From IMG/VR virus record IMGVR_UViG_3300036801_000102, positions 211 through 64,210 of that record: DNA of 64,000 nucleotides. The stretch is one strand, 5' to 3'. Under the pieces are notes generated by a model. It was not told the DNA's origin, searched no databases, and saw only the letters and a program-made list of their open reading frames with translations. The stretch's first letter is position 1; every line of letters starts with the position of its first letter. A program made the translations under genes and the position numbers. Below, one piece after another: positions 1-8,101 of the stretch. This stretch comes from a virus. Taxonomy: Duplodnaviria > Caudoviricetes.

Positions 1-100
1 GTGCGCCCATGCGGGTACAGGCATTAGCCATGCGCTGTTCATAGGGGGTGCAGGCTGCGAGGATAATCAGCGCTGCTGTGGCGAGTATGGTGCGTTTCAT
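1..100 (-). CDS. Small lipoprotein, 3' end runs off the window
   Basis: MKRTILATAALIILAA-C signal peptide with lipobox; ATGA overlap with the 97..282 stop. Confidence 0.65.
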   Translation of the reverse strand, partial: MKRTILATAALIILAACTPYEQRMANACTRMGA

Positions 101-282
101 TGGGTGGCTTCTATGACATTGGGATTATAGTATCCATGCAAAGCCGCGGCTGGCTTGCGGATTATCACTGTGCGCAATTTCCCCTTGACCAGCTGTTCCT
201 CGGTCTGGCCGCCGCAGTGACGGCATGCGTTGTTGTTGTCGTTATTATAACCGCACAGATCGCACGTCCAGGTCAGTATCAT
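97..282 (-). CDS. Small zinc-ribbon protein
   Basis: WTCDLCGYNN...CRHCG (RanBP2-like W-x-C-x2-C...C-x2-C); coupled to neighbours. Confidence 0.6.
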   Translation of the reverse strand: MILTWTCDLCGYNNDNNNACRHCGGQTEEQLVKGKLRTVIIRKPAAALHGYYNPNVIEATQ

Positions 283-554
283 TATTTCGGGCCCTTCTTC
301 CGGTGTATTGGAGGCTGTGGGAATGTCGCGGGCGGGAGATTTGCTAAGTGCGTGCGCAGACTGTCCATGAGGATCAGAGTGCGTGATCCAGACTTCACGG
401 CATGAATGTCGCCAGTACCAAGGCGTCGATATAGTTCGGACCTTGAAAAGCCAGTCAGCTGCATGGCATCAGAGATCGAAACGGCCAGAGGATCAGGTGT
501 CATCGTCGGCAACCTAAATGTTGTGTCAGTGTTTCCGCAGCCATTGCAGAGCAT
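282..554 (-). CDS. Excisionase/AlpA-like helix-turn-helix DNA-binding protein (alternative start 503)
   Basis: AVSISDAMQLTGFSRSELYRRLGTGDIHAVKSGSRTLI matches the Xis/HTH_17 pattern. Confidence 0.75.
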   Translation of the reverse strand: MLCNGCGNTDTTFRLPTMTPDPLAVSISDAMQLTGFSRSELYRRLGTGDIHAVKSGSRTLILMDSLRTHLANLPPATFPQPPIHRKKGPK

Positions 555-607
555 CTAGATAGATACTTCGAATCCCCAAGTGAAGATCAGGGCTGAGAAA
601 AAATTTA

Positions 608-639
608 TTGACGCCACCGAACTGACTTCGTAGTGATTC
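608..639 (+). promoter_or_regulatory. Sigma70-type promoter of the capsid operon
   Basis: TTGACG-N17-TAGTGA after an A/T-rich UP-like tract; a GATTC (GANTC) site overlaps the -10 end. Confidence 0.6.
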
Positions 640-645
640 CGCCAA

Positions 646-735
646 TCGGCATTCGCGGCGCCCGCGATGGCTGACGTAGGCCGCTACTCCACCCCCGCGC
701 CGGGGAAACGGATCGGCTCCAGGCTATCGGAGACT
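646..735 (+). promoter_or_regulatory. Structured 5' leader with two GCGCC-loop hairpins
   Basis: TCGCG-GCGCC-CGCGA (653-667), GTAG-GCCG-CTAC, CCCC-GCGCC-GGGG (693-705), and CTCC...GGAG covering the RBS. Confidence 0.5.
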
Positions 736-743
736 GTCGTTTC

Positions 744-1355
744 ATGGCGAATACTCAGGCCCAGTTCGGCTTTTTGCCGTTCGGAGAGGCAGCGGGCTCT
801 GCCCCCAATTTCGCGCTGCGTACGCGCACCATTGCATACAACTATGGCACAAACCTCTATCGGGGTGATCCGGTGGCCAGCAACAATGCTGGCAATATCA
901 TTGCGGTCAGCTCGCAGACTGCGCCAGTTGCAGGCATCTTCTGGGGCTGCAAGTATTACGACCCTAACCAGAAGATTGTATTCCAGTCGAAGTACTGGCC
1001 GTCTCCTTCTGGACTGAATTCTTCGGCAAGAGTCGAGGCTTATATCATCGATGATCCAAACCAATTGTTCTATGTCGCCGAGCTTGGCTCGACTGCTGCA
1101 ATTACTGCAGCGAACATCATGAACAATGTCCAATGGGCTGCCGGCTCTGGCGGAAGTACTACCAGTGGTCTGAGCAGCTATGTGATCGACGACGGCAATA
1201 TAACGACCACGATCACGCTGCCGTTCAAGATCATGGATCTCTACAGCACCTATGCGCCACCTGGCGTGAACGGTGCTGACAATACCACGGTCTACAACTG
1301 GGCCATCGTCAAAATGAACTATTCGGATCGTGCTTACGGCACGATCGGCATTTAA
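744..1355 (+). CDS. Putative capsid cement/decoration protein
   Basis: Immediately upstream of the capsid gene; MANTQAQFGFLP... GIFWGCKY... IIDDP pattern typical at this position in related phages. Confidence 0.6.
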   Translation: MANTQAQFGFLPFGEAAGSAPNFALRTRTIAYNYGTNLYRGDPVASNNAGNIIAVSSQTAPVAGIFWGCKYYDPNQKIVFQSKYWPSPSGLNSSARVEAYIIDDPNQLFYVAELGSTAAITAANIMNNVQWAAGSGGSTTSGLSSYVIDDGNITTTITLPFKIMDLYSTYAPPGVNGADNTTVYNWAIVKMNYSDRAYGTIGI

Positions 1356-1370
1356 GGGGAGCGCGGGTAA

Positions 1371-2282
1371 ATGGCTGTCAACGTCGCCGCACTCTTCGAC
1401 CTGACGCGCCCTGGGCTGCGAGGTATCGAAGGCCGATACAAGATGATCCCGCGCCAGTGGGCCAAGGTGTTCCAGCGCGGCGTATCCAAGATGGGCGTCG
1501 AGCGCACTGCGGTCGTTCGTATGCTGTCGCTGCCACAGCTCAAGTTCGAGGGCGGCGCTACGGCGATGGACAACCAAGCCGGGCAGAGGTTCATCTACAA
1601 CCATGAGTCGTTCGAGGTCGGGCTCGGCTACGCGATCACTCGCAAGGCTATTGCTGATAATCTGTACGAGGCGCAGTTCCCGGCGTCCAATCTGGACCTT
1701 CAGCAGTCGTTTGAGCAGGCCGAGGAAATCTACGCGGCCAACGTGCTCAACACGGCGACCACGTACAATCCGAATGTTGGCGGTGATGGCGTGGCGCTTT
1801 TGTCCACGGCGCACCCGATCGACGGTGGCACGATTGCCAATACAACGTCGACGCAGCAGGATCTGAACGAGGGCTCGCTGCTTCAGTCGTTGACCAACGT
1901 CCGGACCAACTTCAAGGATCAAGCTGGCAAGCGCATCTTTGCGCGCGGTCGCCGCTTGCTTGTTCCTCCGCAGCTTGAGTGGGTTGCGGCGCGACTGATC
2001 CACACGCCTCTTCGGCCGGGCACCGGTGACAACGACATTTCGGCGCTTCAGGCGACGGGCTCGCTGCCCGATAAGTACGAGGTGCTGGACTTCCTTACGT
2101 CATCATTTGCCTGGTTCATTCAGACCACGATTGATGGGCTGCTGTTCCTGGAGCGCGAGCCGTTCGAGATGAGCATGGAAGTTGATTTTATTACAGATAA
2201 TCTTTTAGTGAAGGGCTACCAAAGGTACTTCGTGGGATACAGTGATCCGCTCTGTCTGTATGGGCAAACTCCGACCAGTTGA
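1371..2282 (+). CDS. Major capsid protein
   Basis: 303 aa; LTRPGL, KFEGGA, LGYAITRKAIADNLY, DGVALLSTAHP, LLVPPQLEW motifs typical of HK97-fold capsids; strong RBS. Confidence 0.85.
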   Translation: MAVNVAALFDLTRPGLRGIEGRYKMIPRQWAKVFQRGVSKMGVERTAVVRMLSLPQLKFEGGATAMDNQAGQRFIYNHESFEVGLGYAITRKAIADNLYEAQFPASNLDLQQSFEQAEEIYAANVLNTATTYNPNVGGDGVALLSTAHPIDGGTIANTTSTQQDLNEGSLLQSLTNVRTNFKDQAGKRIFARGRRLLVPPQLEWVAARLIHTPLRPGTGDNDISALQATGSLPDKYEVLDFLTSSFAWFIQTTIDGLLFLEREPFEMSMEVDFITDNLLVKGYQRYFVGYSDPLCLYGQTPTS

Positions 2283-2304
2283 TTGGGAATGAGGGAGTAA
2301 TCCT

Positions 2305-3228
2305 GTGACGATAACCCATCTTGCTGGTCCGCTGTCTGTCCAGGGGCAGACGCTTCCTGGCGGTCCGTCGTCCGTCAGTTACAATGACACGCCTGGTCCG
2401 AGCAGCTTCGGTGTTGGCTGGGGGCTGCTCGACACTCGGTACACGCTTCCGGCGGCTGGCGATGTGACGAACATCACTCCAGTGCTTTATGGCGCTGGCG
2501 ACATCTGCGTTGTTGATCAGGCGCCGGCCACTCTGAGTGCTACGAATATTTCTGCTGCGGCAGTGCCAGTTGCAGGCACTCCTTTGACGCTGGCTGGCGC
2601 AAGCACGGGCATTACGGTTGTGCCTGCTGGTGGCTTCCAGCTCATGCCGACTATGAACGTGATTCCGGCTAATGCACTGATGATCGATGGCAATCCGGCG
2701 CTCATCCAGCAGGGCACGCTCGGTGGCGGAGTCTCGATGTATGACCCGCGTACCATGATTACTCGATGCCTGCGCTTCACTAGCGTGGGCAACGATAGCA
2801 CTGGGACTGCTGCTGTAGTCGGCTATGACTGGTACGGCCAGCTTGTTCATGAGACTGTGACGCTTGCCAACGCGACCATTGCGACGAGCAAGAAGGCGCT
2901 GAAAGCGGTCGTATCGATTACGCCGGCCGGGACGCTCTCTGGCTCCAATCTGAGTGTCGGTACTTCTGATGTGTATGGATTTCAGCTGGCGTCTTATGAG
3001 TGGGCCTTCGTCACTATATACTGGGCTACTCCTCCCGCTCTTCTTACGTCAAATACTGGATATACTGCGGCAGTAGCTACGAACCCGGCAACTGGTATTA
3101 CCGGCGATGTGCGCGGGACATTTTTGGTACCGAATGCTTCTGATGGAACTAAGAAGCTCCAGGTGTTCATCACGCCCCAAGCGTGGAATGCTACCCAGAC
3201 TCTTCTTTGGGGAGTACCGAATTTTTGA
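2305..3228 (+). CDS. Virion structural protein (beta-rich)
   Basis: Follows capsid gene, Thr/Gly/Ala-rich, good RBS (GAGGGAG), GTG start. Confidence 0.6.
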   Translation: MTITHLAGPLSVQGQTLPGGPSSVSYNDTPGPSSFGVGWGLLDTRYTLPAAGDVTNITPVLYGAGDICVVDQAPATLSATNISAAAVPVAGTPLTLAGASTGITVVPAGGFQLMPTMNVIPANALMIDGNPALIQQGTLGGGVSMYDPRTMITRCLRFTSVGNDSTGTAAVVGYDWYGQLVHETVTLANATIATSKKALKAVVSITPAGTLSGSNLSVGTSDVYGFQLASYEWAFVTIYWATPPALLTSNTGYTAAVATNPATGITGDVRGTFLVPNASDGTKKLQVFITPQAWNATQTLLWGVPNF

Positions 3229-3231
3229 TTT

Positions 3232-3861
3232 TCATGACTTACTTTTTGATCCTGGATACCAACCGCGGTGTGGTGTTGTGAGCGCTTTCTCAACTGACCA
3301 TCCGAGAATGGTGAGCCTTTGCGACAAGGCATCTGGCAAAAGGCCGATTTCTCGTGCCCACTGTGATGAATTTTGGGTACGTCCGTCGAATGTGATGCGT
3401 TTGTTTGAACGCTTGTTGTTGTTTTGGGTCGCCCAGTCTGCCCAAACGCAGTTTTCTAAGGAATACGACCCGTCATTGTCTTTCCGCTCAAGCGTGTGTT
3501 CAGTGCTCGGCCGCGGCCCCATATCTCGGAGGAACACTTCAAAATCGTTCCATCGAGGATCGCAGAGTATGCCTCTGCCTCCATATCTGGAGTATGACTT
3601 TGCCTTTGGATTGTTGCAGCGCGTTCGCATGTTGGCCCAGACTCTATATTCGGTTGTTCTTGCTAATCCGTGTGTAGTTGCGCTTTGCGTTCTCGCTTCT
3701 CGCATCACACAAGTGCATCGCTTTGAGCGAGTGATGAGAAGGTTACCCTTCAAAATATTCCAGTGCTTGCCGCACTCGCACTTGCATAGCCATCGTCCAT
3801 TTGTTTCCGACGGCTGGATGACTGTTAGTGGTCCGAAGACCATGCCGCTAAGGTTTTCCAT
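3232..3861 (-). CDS. Free-standing HNH homing endonuclease, antisense to the structural operon
   Basis: FGPLTV..WLCKCECG, THG..TTEYRVWANMRTRC.NP...YGGRGI, TLERKDNDGSYSLENCVWA motifs. Confidence 0.85.
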   Translation of the reverse strand: MENLSGMVFGPLTVIQPSETNGRWLCKCECGKHWNILKGNLLITRSKRCTCVMREARTQSATTHGLARTTEYRVWANMRTRCNNPKAKSYSRYGGRGILCDPRWNDFEVFLRDMGPRPSTEHTLERKDNDGSYSLENCVWADWATQNNNKRSNKRITFDGRTQNSSQWAREIGLLPDALSQRLTILGWSVEKALTTPHRGWYPGSKSKS

Positions 3862-3915
3862 AGAACTGCCATACCCCACATGGTCGGTTACTTCAAGTAA
3901 AGAAGGGGCTTGTGC

Positions 3916-4311
3916 ATGAGCAAGGCACGTCATCTACAGATGCAGATGGGACACGAGGACAACCGCTACGGCGGAAAGCCGGAAGAACATCCGAATAAGG
4001 GACATCCGATGCATCACAAGCGTGCTCGCGGCGGCGCGATAGGCGACGATGAGAAGAAGACCAAGGAAGAAGTCTATGCGGGCGCGGGTTCTGATACGCT
4101 GAAAGAGGCGGAGCGGCGCAAGCGTGGCGGCAAGGCCCCGATGCATGTTGCTGGGCACGCGTCGAAGCATCACCGGCTCGATCGCCGCGGGCGCAAGCGC
4201 GGTGGCGCGGTAGGGGCCGATAGCTCGCCGTTCACCGGGGCGTCGAAGCTGTCGGCAGCCGAGGGCGAGAACCGCAGCGAGTACAACAAGCTGGATCGTG
4301 AGGACGACTGA
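3916..4311 (+). CDS. Small basic virion-associated protein with RGG motifs
   Basis: KRARGG, RKRGG x2, HRLDRRG; in structural operon. Confidence 0.65.
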   Translation: MSKARHLQMQMGHEDNRYGGKPEEHPNKGHPMHHKRARGGAIGDDEKKTKEEVYAGAGSDTLKEAERRKRGGKAPMHVAGHASKHHRLDRRGRKRGGAVGADSSPFTGASKLSAAEGENRSEYNKLDREDD

Positions 4312-4664
4312 TGTCAGCAGATGTCACGGTCGGCGGCGACGCGGTCAATGGCTACATCGTCGAGGTCACGGACGGCGATTCCAGCAACGTGTTTGGTCTG
4401 CACGCGGAGAGCGAAGAGGCGGCCAAGGCCGAGGGGCTGCGGCTGCACATGATGCAGGCTGTTCCGGAGACTGACATGGAAATGCGGCTATGTTCGATCG
4501 AGGCGATGATTGCCACGATTATGGCGAAGCTAGGCATGTCGCCTGCTGATCCACCTGCTGACCCGCCTGCTGACCCGACACCGGTCGAGCAGCCTGACGT
4601 GCCTCAGCCGGCGGCTCCTTCCGAGGAGCTTGACGCAGCGCCCGCTGCGGTTCGCGAGGTGTGA
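4311..4664 (+). CDS. Hypothetical acidic protein with PADP repeats
   Basis: TGATG coupling; PADPPADPPADP tandem repeat. Confidence 0.65.
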   Translation: MSADVTVGGDAVNGYIVEVTDGDSSNVFGLHAESEEAAKAEGLRLHMMQAVPETDMEMRLCSIEAMIATIMAKLGMSPADPPADPPADPTPVEQPDVPQPAAPSEELDAAPAAVREV

Positions 4665-5150
4665 ATGACACACCCGGCCGCCAAAGCAGTTGAGGCGGCT
4701 CGGAAGCTGCGCCATCACCCTGGCGCAGTGGAGGGCAAGCGTGTCTCTCACGGCCGCTTGGACCGGAAGAAAAGCAGTGGTGCACTCGATGCATCGAACT
4801 GGCGTCCCCCCGTGGCGCACGATCTTCAGCCGCTCAATCAGGAGCCGATTGACGTCAGCTTGGATCGGCCAAGGGGTATGGCGGATGCTCGGGGAGATAT
4901 TCCAGAGCGCAAGCAGTACGCCCGTGGCGGGCGTCTGACGGCTGCTGAGAGGCAGTCGCTACCCAAGGGGGACTTTGCTCTGCCAGGTCACGGAGCTGGT
5001 CCCAAGGGCGCTGGATCGGGTTCCTATCCTATTCCGGATGCGAGTCACGCAAGGAACGCGCTGGCGCGTGTGTCGCAGCACGGTTCCCCGGTCGAGAAAG
5101 CAGCAGTGCGGCGCAAGGTTCATGCGAAGTATCCGGGCATAGGGGAATGA
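4665..5150 (+). CDS. Basic protein with C-terminal DUF6582-like domain
   Basis: LTAAERQSLPKGDFALPG...YPIPDASHARNALARV motif; YARGG. Confidence 0.65.
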   Translation: MTHPAAKAVEAARKLRHHPGAVEGKRVSHGRLDRKKSSGALDASNWRPPVAHDLQPLNQEPIDVSLDRPRGMADARGDIPERKQYARGGRLTAAERQSLPKGDFALPGHGAGPKGAGSGSYPIPDASHARNALARVSQHGSPVEKAAVRRKVHAKYPGIGE

Positions 5151-5157
5151 AGGTTCT

Positions 5158-5553
5158 ATGTCTCGGCCATGGAGTGAGGATTTCAGCGCTGACTTCGGAC
5201 CGTTTGCGGTAACGCCGATGGCTCAGGCATTTTATCAAGTGATCTCTGCGACTGGCGCAACGGCCGGATTGTACGGGGCGGATTGGCAGCAGTCGCCATT
5301 TAATCTGACCTACGTGGTTGAGGTCCCTGGTGGCACGACTGTGAGTTATTCGGTCCAGTATACGCTTGATGACATGAATGACCTGACGTGGACGCCGATT
5401 TGGATAAATGACTCAGTGAATGGTTCTGCGACTACTGTAACGGGGACCAACACATACAAAGAGCAGCCGATTCGTTGGCTGCGTGTGAATGTTGCGTCGA
5501 TCTCAGGCGGCAACATCCGGTTCGCCGTCCTTCAGGGTTCGAGTGCTCGATAG
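5158..5553 (+). CDS. Virion structural protein (jelly-roll-like) with N-terminal FSxDF motif
   Basis: YSVQYTLDD...PIRWLRVNV pattern; WSEDFSADF at the N-terminus. Confidence 0.55.
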   Translation: MSRPWSEDFSADFGPFAVTPMAQAFYQVISATGATAGLYGADWQQSPFNLTYVVEVPGGTTVSYSVQYTLDDMNDLTWTPIWINDSVNGSATTVTGTNTYKEQPIRWLRVNVASISGGNIRFAVLQGSSAR

Positions 5554-5575
5554 ATGACTTCAAGGGAGACAGTTT

Positions 5576-6049
5576 GTGGCTAACTTTTCCTGCAATAATG
5601 GCCTGGGTGGTTCGCTTCAGACCATCACGTCGGCGTACAAGACTCTCGCTGAAGTTACGGCGCAGACCACTTCTCTAAAGCGCGGCAAGTTGTACGATGT
5701 GACCTTCGGCACGATCGGCACGCCGGCTGATCAGACCTACGAATGGGACATCAGTCGCGCGACGACGGTCGGTACAGGAACGACTGTGACGCCGGTTGCC
5801 GTGGATTCGGCTGATGCTGCGGCATTTACGGTCGGCTCGGTCAATCATACCGCCGAACCGACATACACCGCGGCCAGCTCGCTGTTCTATCTCGGCACCA
5901 ATCAGCGTGCCAGCTATCGGTGGGTGGCGGCGCCAGGATCAGAGCTGATGTGGCCTGCGACGAACCTGAATGGTCTTGGATTGCGCACGCGGTCCGTCTC
6001 GGGTGGTGCGGCCACGTCCACCGCGCACTTTCTCTTTCAGGAACAGTAA
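5576..6049 (+). CDS. Conserved phage beta-sandwich protein
   Basis: RBS AGGGAG, GTG start; GTPAD, NHTAEPTYTA, NQRASYRWVA motifs. Confidence 0.65.
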   Translation: MANFSCNNGLGGSLQTITSAYKTLAEVTAQTTSLKRGKLYDVTFGTIGTPADQTYEWDISRATTVGTGTTVTPVAVDSADAAAFTVGSVNHTAEPTYTAASSLFYLGTNQRASYRWVAAPGSELMWPATNLNGLGLRTRSVSGGAATSTAHFLFQEQ

Positions 6050-6067
6050 GGTTGCGTAACGACCTTC

Positions 6068-6229
6068 GTGTGGAAGGGTGTGAGCTGGCACAAGGCTGCG
6101 AAGAAGTGGCGGGCCTACATAGGTGCGACTGGAGAGCATCTCGGGCTTTTTGATTGTCCTGTGGCAGCGCATCTTGCGTATGTGACCGAGGCAGCCAAGA
6201 GATACGGAGAATACTCACGCAGTGTATAG
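6068..6229 (+). pseudogene. Stand-alone AP2 DNA-binding domain (remnant of an HNH-AP2 endonuclease); not in the ORF track
   Basis: Translation KGVSWHKAAKKWRAYIGATGEHLGLFDCPVAAHLAYVTEAAKRYGEYSR is a canonical phage AP2 domain. Confidence 0.7.
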
Positions 6230-6518
6230 AGCTGGCGGATATGGGCAGTTTTTGTGTGATGACGTCACTGCGTTTGATCGCAATGGCAAGGCGATCGACC
6301 GTGAGCACGACACATTTTCTTGTGCGCATTGCTCGGCTGTCGTGTTTGTCAACGCTGGCGAGCGCGGCGCGGATGTTGGTGGATTCTGCCGGTCGTGCGC
6401 GCGGCTGATCTGCGGGCCTTGTGTGGATAGGGATCTTTGCCGGCCGGTGGAGAAGATGTTGGAGGCTATCGAGCGTAACCTTGAGAGGGAGCGCGTCCGG
6501 CTGTCCTACGTAGGATAA
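6222..6518 (+). CDS. Cys-rich zinc-finger protein
   Basis: CAHC...CRSC...ICGPC...C. Confidence 0.65.
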   Translation: MYRAGGYGQFLCDDVTAFDRNGKAIDREHDTFSCAHCSAVVFVNAGERGADVGGFCRSCARLICGPCVDRDLCRPVEKMLEAIERNLERERVRLSYVG

Positions 6519-6523
6519 ACTAC

Positions 6524-8095
6524 ATGGCGCTTGACTGGTTTCAATCTCTTTCAACGCCATCGGTTCTACGGAAGAAGATAACTGCGGCGGTTGAGGGCTC
6601 GACATTCACGTCGGTCCCTCCGGTGCTGTCGCTGACATCCGGCGGCAATCGGCCGCTCAGCACCGGCGCCTTCAGCAGTGCTTTCAGTTCGGCATTTTCG
6701 TATGCCGCGCTGGACTGGCTTAATCAGCTTTCATTACCGTCCGTTCTGGCGCGGCGCATGACGGCGGCCGTTGCCGTCACAACGACTGGCGCCATCGCGC
6801 TGCAATTGCCGATCGGCAGCGTTCAAGAGCTGATAACAGTCAATAAATGGTATCAGCCGCTGTCGGCGCCGGTGTTTGCGCGTCGCAGCTTGCTGCCGGC
6901 TCTCACTCCGGTTTCTGCCCAGGTTCCGACGACGGCAAAGGAGCCGGTCAGTGCTGATCGCTGGGTTCAGCCGCTCTCGACTCCCGTTACGGCTCGCCCT
7001 CGACAGCAGCCGCATTACAGTTCTCTGGTGTGGCCGCTCACACTGGTTGCGCCGGAAAGCAGCTGGCATCAGCCATTCAGCCAGCATCCCGGCCTTCCGC
7101 GCAACCTTCATGCTTCTCAACAACAGGCGCATACTGGGCCAGTTTCTCAGAGCTTAGAGCCGGCCACGGTCGATCGCTGGTATTCACCTTTTCCAGTATC
7201 TGTGCCACCAAGACGATGGCTTCTGGTGGCAGATCAAGCAGCTTTTACCTGGCATATCTCGACATCTATTGAGCGAACGAGCCTTGATCGTTGGTTCAGT
7301 CCGCTTTCTCTGCCGCCAGGGAATAAGCGTGCACTTTCGGTTGCTGATCAGATGGCACTGATTGCAGTTACGTCTCAGGCAAAGGAAGTCACTACTATTG
7401 ATCGCTGGTATCAGCCATTTCAGATGGTCGTTCCTTGGCCGCGAAAGCCGCATGCTTCCGAACATCCGGCTTTCACGTGGCACATATCGACGGCCAAGGA
7501 GGCAACAACCGCCGATCGGTGGTTCTGGCCGTTGTCAATGCCGGTATGGGCAAGGCAGGCTCTCCCTGTAGCAGATCATCAGGCATTCTCGGCGGTAACG
7601 CTGTCGACGACTAGCGTTGCTGCGACTCTTGTTATTACAGAAGCAAGCGATACGCTTCCTGGCATTGCCGGCATTAATATTACCGAGCAACCTGATGTTC
7701 TCCATGGAATAGTGGCGCTATCATTTAGGTTCAGCGATACGCTTCGTACCAATATAATAGCGCAGACGAATATCACGATCGGTTCCGCTGGTATACTGAA
7801 GCTATTTTCTGGCTCATTACCGGCGACCTGCGAATTGCCAGATCCGTCTGGGCAGCTCTGTGTGATTCCATTGCCTGCAACATTCCTCACCAGCTCGCTT
7901 GGCACAGCCACTCTTGCTGGTACGTGGGTTGCCACTACATCACAGAGCGGGACCGTGGCGTCCTTCCGTTTCTACGATGGAAGCGGAGTGTGCCATATTC
8001 AGGGAACGGTAGCTGATATCGGGCTGTCTCCCACGTCATTTAATGCCGGTCAAACGCTGAGAATTACCTCATTTTTCGTGGTTGCTCCGGGGTGA
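6524..8095 (+). CDS. Repeat-rich virion accessory protein (9 W-x-x-P/S-L/F repeats, AFSSAFSSAF, 2 TExxD repeats, C-terminal ~125 aa anchor-type domain)
   Basis: Repeats visible in the translation; C-terminus paralogous to the 8102 N-terminus and to 11948. Confidence 0.7.
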   Translation: MALDWFQSLSTPSVLRKKITAAVEGSTFTSVPPVLSLTSGGNRPLSTGAFSSAFSSAFSYAALDWLNQLSLPSVLARRMTAAVAVTTTGAIALQLPIGSVQELITVNKWYQPLSAPVFARRSLLPALTPVSAQVPTTAKEPVSADRWVQPLSTPVTARPRQQPHYSSLVWPLTLVAPESSWHQPFSQHPGLPRNLHASQQQAHTGPVSQSLEPATVDRWYSPFPVSVPPRRWLLVADQAAFTWHISTSIERTSLDRWFSPLSLPPGNKRALSVADQMALIAVTSQAKEVTTIDRWYQPFQMVVPWPRKPHASEHPAFTWHISTAKEATTADRWFWPLSMPVWARQALPVADHQAFSAVTLSTTSVAATLVITEASDTLPGIAGINITEQPDVLHGIVALSFRFSDTLRTNIIAQTNITIGSAGILKLFSGSLPATCELPDPSGQLCVIPLPATFLTSSLGTATLAGTWVATTSQSGTVASFRFYDGSGVCHIQGTVADIGLSPTSFNAGQTLRITSFFVVAPG

Positions 8096-8101
8096 TGTCA
8101 A

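Noticed and set aside
560-600. TTCGAATCCC resembling a tRNA T-loop or att core
   Set aside because: No T-stem, acceptor stem or cloverleaf can be formed; it lies in a divergent promoter region.
684-2003. 439 aa minus-strand ORF
   Set aside because: Antisense shadow of the cement and capsid genes; no motifs.
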